Assembly (NCBI GenBank): GCA_964247055.1
Contig: OZ176055.1
Coordinates: 6,138,001-6,202,000 of the forward strand
Source: Paragordius varius
Taxonomy: Eukaryota; Animalia; Nematomorpha
Direction: 5' to 3'
DNA length: 64,000 nucleotides
Part shown: piece by piece, positions 37,287-50,143 of the stretch
Position numbering within the stretch: the stretch's first letter is position 1
How the letters are laid out: each line of letters starts with the position of its first letter
Translations under genes and position numbers: made by a program
The notes under the pieces: model-generated
Told to the model about the DNA's origin: nothing
The model's database searches: none
The model's input: only the letters and a program-made list of their open reading frames with translations

Positions 37287-40200
37287 ATGGCTACCTTACA
37301 AGTACCGATTTTATATTTACTTATATAGTCTGAAAATTTGACAAACCATTTAACAAATAATTTAACGGGAAATTCCTTTAACCAGTCGAATACTCTTGAT
37401 CAGGAATACAAAAAGGAATCTTCTCCATCACATCAAAATAAAATACAGCATAACAATCATATTGTACAAGATAACCTTACCACAAACGAGGATAAAATTA
37501 ATCTGGGTGTAAAAGATAGGAAATCAAAATCCAGGACACCCTCACCTATTCGCAGGACATCACCATTTAAAGAACGTATCTCACCGCCTAAGGAAACTCT
37601 AACAAATCAATTATCAAATGGTATATTTACTTTTTTTTCCAATATTTATGTAATCTCTTAAAAATTATTTTAAAATTTAAAGATGATCTACCTCAAAAAG
37701 TTCAATCCAGATCTCCATCCAGGGAACGACACCTAAGCCCACCTCATAAAGTATTTTTTAACTAATATATCAGGAAAATATTGCGGAACAATCTCCTATA
37801 AAGACATCACCAATAAAAAAACATGTGGATGTTGCAGATGCTAAAGCTAGCCCATCAAAATTAGAAAAGTCGAAAAAATCGACCGTTAAAAGTTATTTTT
37901 TATGCACTTTAAATTTTTATATACCAATTATGTATATGAGATGTAGTTTAAAACTGTCTTCCTTTAAATATAGAAAACATTTTTACAGAACCAGTTGAAA
38001 GAAAGGGAAAAAGGGAACGCAAATCTATTGAAAGATTTGCAATGCCAGATAAGCCTGTATCCACTCAAAAAACTTTAAAAATTGAGAAAGGCAAGGGAAA
38101 AAGATTAAATGAATGTCCTCAAGGTAATATAGTTTTGATAGAATTTCACATTTTCATTTAAAAAAAATTGGGTTTGGTTTAACACTTGGATACAACAAAC
38201 TCATTATAGTCCTTCGATTCAAATTGGGGTAGTTGAATACCCCAGGCTTGTTTAAAATCAAATACTTTAAATATGGAAGGAATCGAATTCATGGCAAAAT
38301 TTTGCACTTATATAACATTAATAAACCGAAATATATAAAAAAATTTATTAAAAAATAGTTGATATTACTTATTTTGAGTTAAAACCGAAAGGTAAAAATT
38401 TTGTCAACCTGACATGTGTCAAATGGTAAAATTATAAAATAATACAAAATAAACCGCGTTTTCTATTTCTATCTATGTTAGATATAATTTATATTAAAAA
38501 TTAGCTTTAGTTTTACCCTTACAATTAAATGAAGACGATATTTTGCAAAAATTTGTAAAATAAAAATGGCGTCGAAGTAGTTTGAGATGGAACTTTTTTT
38601 GAAAACAAAATTTTAGTTGATTATTTTGGCATATTTATATAATTTTTATTAGGATAGAAGCATAAATTTAAATTGGGACCGTTTCCTTCAGTAGTTTTTA
38701 AAAAAAATTAATTTATATTTAGTCCGGGGTATTTAGATACTCCAATTTGAATCGAAGTGTTAAAGGCGAAGTAAACTCATAATATATATATTTAAATAAT
38801 TTATATAAAATTTATCTACAGAGGTTTGTCTTTATATATGGTTTATGTAGTGTGATTTTTTTTTGTTTACTCTACTTTTTAACCTTAAAACATTTATTTT
38901 TCAATAGTTGAATATGGATTGCAACGGGCTAAACCGGATATTTTAAAAGTTGTCCATCGCTTGTTATTCAGCAAACCCGGAACAGTAATTTTATAATCAT
39001 TATTTTAGGCTACTACTTTCAAGAAACATATCAGAGAATTTAGCGGATTTCCCTTTTCTCATGAATCAAACGATTACAAAAAACGATTTGACACCTTACA
39101 CAAGTTCAATTTGCCCATTTTATATGTATATAGAATTCCAATCGATACACTTAAACAAATTTGTACCATATTTGATTTGCCAAAAAGTTCACATAAAGAG
39201 GATTTAATCACTCGTATCATGGAATTTCTTATGTTACCTGTCGAGGGTGCTGTCCCTACAAGCGAAAAGAAAAAATCAGGTTTCCCTTATAATTTTTAAC
39301 TCAATTTTATAATGTTATTTATTGGATGTGTATAGTTAAAAAACCTGTTGGGTCCAAAAAAACTACACCTAAATCAACCGTTAAAAAAAGTAGCGCAACA
39401 AACACAGCGGGTTCTACCAAAAAGGTCAGTGCCAAATTAGAAGTGACACCTGTTAAAACGACTCCAACGACGTCCAGTTCGAAAAACACATCAGGGACCA
39501 AACGTAAATCTAATGAAAAATCTGGTGTTGGGGAAGGGACACCTAAAAAACGTTTAGATTTTGCCGATGATGATACTACTGTTTCAAGTGCCAAGAAAAA
39601 AAGAGTTGTTGCACTGAAAAAGGATGGCACCTCTAAAAAAGTAACTACCCCCAAAACAAAAAGCAGTAAAACTTTGACAGCAGCTAGTGGCAAAAAAACG
39701 CCGAAAAAAGGGAGTAAGCATGTTTCGTCCCACGCATCACCTAAAAAGTCTGGAGGAAAGGAGGCTGACAAGGTTTTCTTATTTTCGGTTTTTTTGTAAC
39801 CTGTTTTTGAGGAAAATTGAATTTGCTAACATTGGTTAGAGGTAATAAATGTTAACAAAAATTAATTGTATAAAGTGTGTAAATCTCTTACTCATTCGTT
39901 ATGTCAGATTAGTATGTGCTTGTTTACTCATTAATCACTTTTTCAATTTACTATTTGATTTTTTGTTTACTTTGCTATTATCTCACAGCCGTGGCAAAAA
40001 GTTTATACAAAATATCAAATCCGTAAAATACCATATTAAAACTTATATATTTTGGCTAGGAAATTTATACCGATACCGAGGAAGAAAATCACGATTCAGA
40101 CACGGAAAAGGAGGAAATTATTGAACCTGCTAAAACCAATAATACCCCAAATAAAAGTTCTCCGATAAAAAGTATGTTTCCTAAATTTTTATTTTGCATG

Positions 40201-40989
40201 ATGACTTTTGATCTTATATGCAGCAGATTTTAAAATTCTGCGATGATTTATACCGAGAACTGATACGTTTATATAAATATAAATTGAACAAATATTTTGG
40301 ACCATGTATACCAGGGTAACATATTTTAAAAATATTATAGGCCCGTCTAAAGCCACGAATCATACCACAGATGGTAAGGCTCCGCATGTTTCTGTCGATT
40401 TCCCAACTGTAAATATTAACTACTAATTGGAAACAGATTCATACTTTCTATATTAAATTTTAAATTATAAATATATTAATAATTGTTAAATCCGTGAAAT
40501 AATGATTAAACGAAAATTAAACTCATAATTAATTGAAAATGTGCGATTACTACTGATGAAGGATTCTGCATATCATTTAGTATTTTCAGTTTAAAATAAT
40601 ATTTTTATATCATTATTTATCTTCTTTTATTTCACGGATTTAACAATTTTTAATACAAATAATCCTTCGGATAGCTGTACGTAAGCCTCTATATATATAT
40701 ATTTATATAATTTATTTATTATTTGTAGGATGACCAAATAAAAGCCGTGATACAAAAGATTTTGGACGGAGCCAATCTTATGGAAATAACTATGAAGAGT
40801 GTTTGCAAAAAAGTTGGTGATGAGTTTGCAAATTTTGATTTGTCATCGAAAAAAGATTTTATTAAGACAACAGTGAAATCGGTATAAAATTTTATAATTA
40901 TAATATGAATTTTATATAAAATATATTTTTTTTATTTTGTCAAAAATAATACATAAATTAATTTTTTTATTGTTTAGCTTTTGGCTTAA
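37287..40989 (+). CDS. DEK: DEK chromatin protein (SAP-box region plus DEK_C). Exons 37287-37301, 37329-37620, 37683-37750, 37774-37891, 37989-38123, 38908-38984, 39009-39103, 39134-39279, 39336-39772, 40060-40171, 40341-40387, 40729-40881, 40978-40989.
   Basis: GKRERKSIERF...KIEKGKGKRLNEC, HRLLFSKPGT|ATTFKKHIREFSGFPF, LKQICTIFDLPKSSHKEDLITRIMEFLMLP, and C-terminal DDQIKAVIQKILDGANLMEITMKSVCKKV...KKDFIKTTVKS|LLA*. Confidence 0.92.
38183..38759. mobile_element. TTAA-flanked piggyBac-like MITE, copy 3 (inverted), in a DEK intron
   Basis: TTAA|CACTTGGATACAAC...CTTCGATTCAAATTGGG ... CCAATTTGAATCGAAGTG|TTAA. Confidence 0.85.
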
Positions 40990-42309
40990 TCGGCAAAATG
41001 CGTATACTGATCTACCGATTCCCATGAAAAAATGGAAATTTTACATATACGTTTTTAAGTGACATTTATGTTTGTAATTTTTGTCAATTTTACATCATAT
41101 TTTAATATATTTTTCATTTTAATACCTTCTTCACTGTAAAATGTACATATTTTTTAAATATTTTAAAGCATAATGTCTACGTACATATATTTAAGTGGTA
41201 GTTTTTTACCATAACTTTTTTTATTCCTATCCTTTGTAGTTAGAAATAAATGATTATATTAAATATGAAAGCTCCTTTCATTCATATTTTAATGTAAAAT
41301 GTTGGCTTTGAGTTTCTAAAAACATGTAACCTTATAATTAAATTGTGGTCCCAAAAACAGCGGAATGATAAAAATATTTTTAATTTTTTTCCCTTACATT
41401 TACCGTGTGCCCTAGAATTTTCATTCTAAAACAAAAACTCAAATTACAAATTGTAAATTTATACATGTATTAACCTTTTTGCAGTTTTTCGGAAAACTGT
41501 AAATATTCAATTAAAAGCTTATTAAATTTTTTTATGAAGACACCAATCATAATCAAGTTTCTTTTTTTAAATTGCCTCTCTGATTACCCCTACTGAATTA
41601 GCGCTTACCAATAAAATCTTGTGAAGCATTTTTTTGAAAAATTGTTTAATTCCTAAAATGGAATTTCATATAAAAAACGTGTTTTAAATCAATGATACGA
41701 GCCCAGTTTCAATAATGGATATTTACATAATCTTTAAGAATATGACAAAAGTGGTACTTTGTAAAATTAATGCGTAACTTTACAAAAAATGTTTGTATAA
41801 TTACTTTGACATTAAACATAACAATTTTACGAAGTTTTTAAAAGGATATTATTTATGGCTTTTAATTAATTATACGGAGAAAAAACCTTTGACAATTTCA
41901 TATAAATCTATACAATATTATATGAAACAAAACACAGGAATAGTAAAATTTCGGAGTTTTATGTAATTTTAAAAAATAATACACGATCTGCACCAAAAAT
42001 AATGTTCAAGTTTCATATGTCAACTGATAGCTAAAATCATTTTATAGAATATCGAAATTATAAATAATGTTAATATATTATAAATAAAATATTAATTAGT
42101 GGTATTAGCCAAAATTATATAATCGCATTTTCAACGTACATTAGGCCCAATAAAAATTAATTCAATAAGGAAAAACGTGTCAATTTTATGTTTATATATG
42201 TCAAAAATATAACTAGACGTAAAACGTTATGGCCATAATAAAATAAAGAATTAAAAATAAATATTGAAAAATTTCCTATTTAATTATTAACAAAATAGAG
42301 AATAATCTA

Positions 42310-45270
42310 AAATGGTAGGCGAACGAGAACAGAACATAACTCAAATGATGTATCGTCTTTGTGTAATGGCTAGCCATTGTATCCATATAGAAACTGTCTG
42401 TAAATTTTGCGCTGCCAGGCGTTATCATCAATGTTTGCAACACTAAAATCATTATTTATTGTTTTTTCCCAGTTAAATGTTAGTCTACCCCTGCGATTGT
42501 TACCTTCAAGATGTAGGGATAAAATTTTATTTGTCCATTGTTCTGGAGCACGTTTGATGTGTCCCAAATATCTAAGCCTATTTTTTTCGGAGCATAACAT
42601 TTAAAGGTTCGATTAGTACAGTTGATGCAAATTTGACTTATTGGGGTCGAATAAATTTAGCATTCGCTTTTCTATGTCATTAGTTTTTTCTGGATTGAAT
42701 CTGTCATCGGCCACTTCTCGCTTCCATATAGGAGTATGGGACGTATGCCGGCTTTGTAGATCAAACCTTTGTTTTTTGCTGTTATGTGTTTATTTTTGAG
42801 CACAAATTTAAGTTGGTGATATTTTACCCAAGCCTGTTGGGATCTATATTTGACTGACTGGTTTATTCCACCTAGGCAATATATGACATCGCCCAAGTTT
42901 TTGAAATTATTTACCAATTCGATTTTTGCATCTGCCATATAAGGGTAATTTATAGAAGTGTAAGTGATTTATTGTTTTATTTTTGCATGATTCACATATA
43001 AATTTATCATTGTTGATTAATGTGTCCCTTTTATAAGCGAGCATTTTTTGTTTACCCACTTATTCCATGATGTACATAGGATTGAATTGAGTTTTATATC
43101 TAAATATATTTCACATGGAAACTTAGGTCATTCATATACAGTTTCGTTATCAGCACCTTTGTTTTGCTTATCCTTATCTTCCTTCTACCCTTTTCTAAGT
43201 GTTATTTCCATGTGTTGTACTTTTGATTTAGTTCACTTCCGCTGATGTTGCGGTGAGGACAATGTCGTCCGCATAGATAAGTTCCCATGGTGGGCCTTGT
43301 TTTATATCTTTTGTTAGGTAATCCATTATTAAAATAAAAAGTATAGGGCTTAGGATGGAGCCTTGATGAAGACCAGATTCGTTTGGAACAAAAGGTGTGT
43401 TGCCTAGTGTTAATCTGACGCAGTTTGTTGTTTTGTAATATATCATTTCTACTAATTTAATTATCCAATCATCTACGTTGTTGGCTCGTAGTGTGGATGT
43501 GTTTAACTTCCTGGGGATACAATCAAAGGCCCTTTGTAAATCAATAAAACATGATAAAATTTTTTACTTTGATTGGGGACCAATTGCTGGTGGTTGGTTT
43601 ATTGTTTCAAAATCATGTATTTGTGCGAATTGTCTTGGTAACACGTTGTCCAGACATTGCTTATGTCACTCCAGTCAGTTGCTAGATGTTGGTCTTTATC
43701 TTTAATATAGGAAATTTGTTTAATGTCCTTTTTATTATTGTTAACTGAATTTATTGTTCGAAAAATCTTAAGATTTTTCATGTCTTGTTCTTTTTTAGCT
43801 AAATCCAAAGCTTTTTTATTGGCTGAAATATTGATGGCTTGTTGTAAATTTTTATTTGATTTGATATATGATTCCAAGTCTCTTTTATCTTTTGTTTGTT
43901 TCCATCTTTTGATGTTATTGCGTTAAATTATGATTAAAAGTTTTATGGATTCTGACCACCACAAATTTGATTGTTGTTTTTTCCTGCATGTTTTCTTTCT
44001 GCCACAAAAATTAAGCATATTTGGGATAATGCTGTTTTTAAAACCACTTGTTCAGATGTCTTGTAGTTGAGGCTGAGCGTTTCATTGTCAGTTTCTGAGA
44101 GTTAAAGTTTAAGATCAGGAGGGTGTAGTTTTTCTAAGTTTATTTTATGTTTCTGGTTACCAGTGAGATATGTTTTAAAATCTTTGATGAATCTATCTTG
44201 TATAGGTGTTAAAATGTAGTCTACCATAGAGTTTTAATTACCACTTGTATAAGTTATTAATTTATTTGCTGGTTTTGTGAAGAGGTGCAGATAGTAAGTC
44301 TAAGAGATGCGCAGTATTCTAATAGTGTATTACCTTCTTTGTTACGGCTGCCAAAAGCGTTTCCTCCATGTATTTTCATATGGTCTTGACCATTAGTGCC
44401 AACGTGGGATTAAAACTCCACCTATAAAATGGAGGTATTGCATGAGAAATGTCGTATAGTTGGTTCCAAAAGGCTTGTTTGGTTGCTTCGCTTAATCCAA
44501 ACTGGGGGGTAGATGGGAAGTATGTTAAGAATTTGTTTTAAGCCGATACGTATTTGGATAATTCTTTCGTTGTGTCTGTTTATTTCTAATATATTCACAA
44601 TATTCATTTTTAATAGCTATATCCACTCCATGTTGGCCTTTCATTTGACCTTTGTAGAATATTGTATAGATGTCAATATTCAGCTATTTTGTTTTCTGGA
44701 GGAAACAGATGTCAATGTTTTTCTCTTTTATTTGGTCGATAACTAAATTTGATCTACCGACTAGTGTCGAGATATTCCAAGTGCCGATCTTAAGTGGTTT
44801 TTCCATATTGCTGGCTGTTTTTTAATGTTTGTGGTTTTTTAGGAGAGCATTAATATTGTTACCACGTAAAATAATATTATTATCAAAATTGAGATTATCA
44901 CATATATTAATTTCATCAATAAAATTATTTGTAAGATTAATATTATCATTTTTAAGATTATTATTTTTAAAATATCATTATTTAAAAGTGTTGTCATTTC
45001 ATTCATTATTTTCATATACGGTTATATAAGGCGCTTGTTATAGAATTAGTATGCCTTTGCAAATCAAGAGACTATTTCGGTGTCCCTGACCGATGGAATT
45101 GGCTTTCTGGGGTTACGAAGTTCCATCTCCGCTTACATATATTACTAGCAACTGGTTATAGCGCCAGATAAACCCGCTTTATCATCTGTGTGAATGCAGG
45201 TATTGTGGTATTTTATAAGAAAAAAATGGTAATTATCTTTTTCCACCACACCCCACAGAGATGATTTTTT
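42310..45270 (-). mobile_element. Decayed RTE-clade non-LTR retrotransposon (APE plus RT); boundaries approximate
   Basis: APE remnant RIGTWNISTL...DICFLQ; RT GLHQGSILSPILF...YADDIV; RTE-type C-terminus IRPILLYGSEKW and LRYLGHIKRA...RRGR. Multiple stops and frameshifts. Confidence 0.9.
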
Positions 45271-45604
45271 ACCTTTGCCACTTCCGTTGGTATTAACCAG
45301 GGTGCACCACGTGGAGGTTATGTAATTTTATATATCCCAAAACATTTTTTAGAAATTCGCTATCAAAAGTGATAATATGGGTAAATCTAAAAACTATTTT
45401 AAGCAATTAAAAAATTAATTTTAAGGTAATGTTAAATTTTAAAATCAAACATAGACAAGTATTTATATCAATTTAGAAAATAATGCAGATATTAATTTGT
45501 GCCAAAAAGTGCAAAAAGCAATGACTATTTCGCTAAGCCAACTATTAAATCATTAAGAGCATATACAACAAAAATTTATTATTGTAACAAAAATAAATAC
45601 TATA

Positions 45605-46033
45605 TTAATATCGATATTTTGTAGAATAATCCCGAGGTGAAATAACAAGACCTCTACCTTTTCTTGCACCTCTGTATATTGTTTCTATTATATCAATCAT
45701 TTCTTGTTTATCCGTCATAGGCCAATTAATTTTATTATTGTTACCAGTTCCCAAATCAATCATCATATGTTTGTTGCGATAAAAAAACATCGTAGTGCAA
45801 GGATCATAAAGCTCATACATTTTATTAAAATCTGGAACTTTAGTTATATCCACCAAATATATAACTGCAAAATTTTTGACTTTTTCAGCTATCCCATACA
45901 AAATTTCATCCATTTTCATGCAACTGGGATCCCAATCATGCCCAAATCGTATAATCACTACACGGTCTTCTTCAGAAAGAATGGCTTGATCTACTTGCCA
46001 ACCATTTTCTAAATGTGTTAACATATATGACAT
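45605..46033 (-). CDS. TXNL4A: DIM1 / thioredoxin-like protein 4A (U5 snRNP), 142 aa, no coding introns
   Basis: MSYMLTHLENGWQVDQAILSEEDRVVIIRFGHDWDP...DYSTKYRY*, the characteristic near-invariant Dim1 sequence. Confidence 0.98.
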   Translation of the reverse strand: MSYMLTHLENGWQVDQAILSEEDRVVIIRFGHDWDPSCMKMDEILYGIAEKVKNFAVIYLVDITKVPDFNKMYELYDPCTTMFFYRNKHMMIDLGTGNNNKINWPMTDKQEMIDIIETIYRGARKGRGLVISPRDYSTKYRY

Positions 46034-46232
46034 TTTTACGGTAGTTGGGGATCTTGATATTACACAAATGGCTATGTGCAAATGTGAAATCAAGATGCTA
46101 AAAAGATTCTAATTTTTGGCACTATCTTTGAACTATTATTCTGAATAAAAATAATCGAAAAAATTTTTTAATTGTGAACACCTATTATATTACGGTATAA
46201 AACGGGTTATATATCCATCTCTTCTTTTTAAA

Positions 46233-46970
46233 ACTTGGATACAAAACATTCATTTCAGTCCTTCGATTCAAATTTAAAATTAAATACTTGAAAAATATGG
46301 ATATGAGAACCATGGCAAAGCTTAGCACTTATATCACATTAATGAACAAATTACAAAAAAATTCATCCAAAATAACTTGATGTTACCTATTCAGAGGTAA
46401 AACCTAAAGGTAAAAATTTATCCACATGACTTGTGTGCATAAGCTTAATATTATAAAGCGATATGTTAACCCTTTATTATCTTTTTCCTTTTATAGTAGT
46501 TTTATATCCCAGAACTTAATTTTATATATAAACTACTGTTTTAAAAGTTATTCTAGTTAAAATTTAATTTTCAAGCATTATTCTCATCATTTAAAAATAC
46601 AGCTTATATTTTTTACAGTTTTGTGATTTCTAGAGTCTAAAATCGAGACAACGCCAAACGCTATTGAAACAAACAGCACAATCAAAATCAAAATTTATCA
46701 AATTTTTATTCTTAATGGGGCCTTAAAGCTTTATATTAATTATGTAAATTAACCATAATATACATTTATTTGCCTCTTAGAGATTTAAAAAATTCCCGAA
46801 AGAAATGGCGGTAAAAAAGTTTGAGATATGGATTTTTTACAATTTTACATTTTTTAAAATTTTTAGAAAATGCGCCTTATCCAAAGAAAGCATATTTTTA
46901 AATATAGCTTAATCCTTTATTTTCAAAATTCAAATCTCTCTGGGATATAAAACTATCCCAAGGAAATGAA
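46233..46970. mobile_element. Degenerate, interrupted copy of the TTAA MITE family
   Basis: CTTGGATACAAAAC...CTTCGATTCAAATT and later internal matches such as AAATGGCG...AGTTTGAGAT. Confidence 0.55.
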
Positions 46971-47620
46971 GTGTTATTTATAAAATTTTTGGGGAAAATT
47001 AAATTCATTCAAATAATATTAAAATATATCATAAACCGTGTTTAAAACAAATCTTAGGCAAATTTTCGGACCCCTTTAAAATGGGCTATTTTTTTAATGA
47101 AAATGCCGAGGTGGCGCGATAAAAAATTTGAATTATGGGCTAAATTTTGACATCAAAAAAAGCATTTTTCTAATAAATGGATAAAGTTTAATTTATAGCA
47201 AAATATTGAAAAAGCGAATTTCATTGTATTTTGAAGAATACGGTATAAAAACATAAGATATACACTTTTTCTTCTTATTCAATAATGCTAATAATTTGCA
47301 TTATCTAAATTTTTTATTTTTAAAGGTTTGTTTGCTTTCAAATTTGGGTAAGTTTTTGACAACAATTTATATTTAAATAATTTCAAAATCAAACTAAGCT
47401 TTTATTCTAAATTATGGAAGTTATAAATATTAAAAAACATCGAATTTTTTAAAGGTTTATGTTATTGTAATGCCTTAAAATAAAATACGATCTTTAAATT
47501 CCATAAATTTAATTTTTAAAACATCCTTTTTTGGAAATTTTATTATATTAAATATCATATACAAAGTGTTTACAAAAGATCCTGATTAATTATATATATT
47601 TATATATATATATATATATT

Positions 47621-49135
47621 GATAGGAGAATATATACAGTATTATCATGTTTTTTGGGCCTAACGAGTGATTTATCACTTCGATTCGAATTGGTGTATAA
47701 TATACCAAACTATATTTAAGCTGATATTTTTAAAAACTACTTAAAGAAACAGTCCCAACTTAAATTAATGCTTCTAATTTTCCGAAATATTATAAAAATG
47801 AGTTTTGAAAATAAAAGTTTGTTATCAAACTGCTTCGTTTTCATTTTTATTTAACATTTTGCGAAATGTCACGTTTAATTAATTTTAAAACTAAAAGTAA
47901 AGCTAATTTAATTTTTAAATCACAGCTTGCATTGATAGAAAAGAAAAGGTGATTTATATTGTATTAATTTTATATGCTAATGCACACATGTCATGTTGAC
48001 TAAGTTAGTTACCTTTGAATTTTACTTTAAAATAACTATTATCATGTATTTTTGAATGAATTTTTTTATTATCTCGGTTGATTAATGTTATATAAGTGCA
48101 GCCTTTTGCCATAGTTTTGATTCCTTGCATAGTTTTTTTAAACAAGGCTGGGGCATCCAATGTTTGAATCGAATGATTAAAATGAATGTATTATATCCTA
48201 GTGTTAATAAGGTTATTTATATTTTTACTTTTGAGGTAAGCGGTCCATATCCGAAAATCGTAAAATTTGCGAAGATTTTAAATATTTTTTTTATGAAAGC
48301 TAAATGCTTCATTTCTAAAAAATATCCCCAAAAATATATACTTATTAAACTATATCTAAAACGCAAAACAATATTTTTAAAAATTTTAATTGATGTGGGC
48401 CCCGAAAGTCCCAAATTTTTTCGCTCGATTAAGATGATCTGTTAATTTTAAAATAAACCCAAGACTGCCGAGAATGCGCAAAAAAATTTTTCTATATATT
48501 TTGATAACACTGATCATTTCTATTACCTCAGAATGATATAAATATTCGTTCGTCTTTAAATTTATGAATATAAATTGGGTCTTTTTATTAAAATTTACCA
48601 AAATTAGAAAGCAAACGAACCTTTAAATAAAGGGATGAAGAAATGTTCAGCACCACCGAATTAGAAAAGTGATATTACCTAAAAGCGTTTTTTACCATTT
48701 TCATCCTTCCCTAAATAGTGTGAAGTACGCTTCAACAAAACTCTTTATTATATCTTTGAAAAAGTTTGCATTTTTCAAAAAATATTTTTAGTTGCTATCA
48801 AAATTTAGCATATATTTAAAAATTATTATTGCACAACGGCATTTTTGCGTTTATCCTAAGAGAACTAGCCCAATTTAGAAGAGCAAAGAAATTTGGCACT
48901 TTCGGAGCCCACATCTAAAAATATTGTTTTCCTTTTCATTGGTACTTTATGATATATTATATTTTTTGGAATAAAGCATTTGACTTTCACCAAAAATATT
49001 ATATTTTTAAAAAATTTGCGCGAATTTTACCATTTCTTATATGGAGCACTTACTAAAAAGTGTAAATAACTTATATCACTCGTAAGGGCCAAAACCAAAA
49101 GCACCATGATAATCCTGAAACATATACATATTATC
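47621..49135. mobile_element. Long-TIR fold-back element carrying a nested TTAA-family MITE (47676-48203) in its left arm
   Basis: Left arm (47621-47675 plus about 48204-48480) is an imperfect reverse complement of about 48840-49135, e.g. GGGCCCCGAAAGTCCCAAAT / ATTTGGCACTTTCGGAGCCC. Confidence 0.7.
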
Positions 49136-50143
49136 AGGTTATTTTTTACCCCCAATTTTGGACACTGTGTATATAACTCGAATGCGGCCCGCGAAGCCGT
49201 TTGTGTTGAAAACCCCTGCTTTAAAGAGTGAAAAATATATCCAAAAATAGATGATGTTTGAATGAGTATTGAGGATGGCCTATTAGATTAGTTTTCATAT
49301 ATAAGAGGGATGGGTGTAATTAAAGATTTATCATTACAGATAGTAAAGTATTATAAAATCAAGGAAATTTTAAAACGTTAATACGATCGAAAAAATTAAG
49401 CTATTTTTAATTAAAATATAGGAGATATCATTGTGAAGTTTGACTCAACGCATCTTGATATTAAATTTGCAACATAATTATATTAAGTTGGCCCAGTATT
49501 AAATTTATTCAATTTAAGTTTTTTAAAACTTAAAAATAATATTAAAGTCGCTAAATTGAAAGTTGCTAATAAATGGAAAAGTTTTTATCCCGTAGATAAA
49601 AAACAGCCAATTAATTTATACATTACACTCAATATTTCATTCAAATCCTATGTTACTATGAAATATCAACTTTTTAACCAAAATCAGCATAGTTTCATAG
49701 CAATAAGAAAGCCGATTGATAAATGCCCAATTAATTTTCCAGAGTAGTTTTTATAAACTTCGATTTGACATGACTATATATTTTTGGGCCCATACACAAA
49801 AAGACAATGTATTTCCATTAAAATTTTAATATTACATTTGAATTAATCTCAAAACACAATAGAAAGAATTAGGTGTTTGTTAAATTTCAAAAATAATGTT
49901 TTTTTGTTTAAAGTATAATAATTATTTAGCTTTTCATAAGCGATACCGATATAAAAAGTGTTCACGTTTTTATTAAATATAATTATGCTAATAACTCCAT
50001 ATTAATCCGTTTTATCTAAATCAAAATGCCATTAGAGCTTATTATAACGGCAATATCCAGCATTAATGCCATACTAAAAGATATTTTTTAAATATTATTT
50101 TTAGATTAAGAATGCAGAGTTCTAAAAATTCATAAATTAAAAT

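Noticed and set aside
39319-39771. 150-aa minus-strand ORF
   Set aside because: It is the antisense shadow of the Lys/Ser/Thr-rich DEK exon.
45704-46012. 102-aa plus-strand ORF
   Set aside because: It is the antisense shadow of DIM1.
45605-46033. Causal link between the spliceosomal DIM1 gene and the tiny introns
   Set aside because: The protein looks conventional, and its proximity is most likely coincidental.
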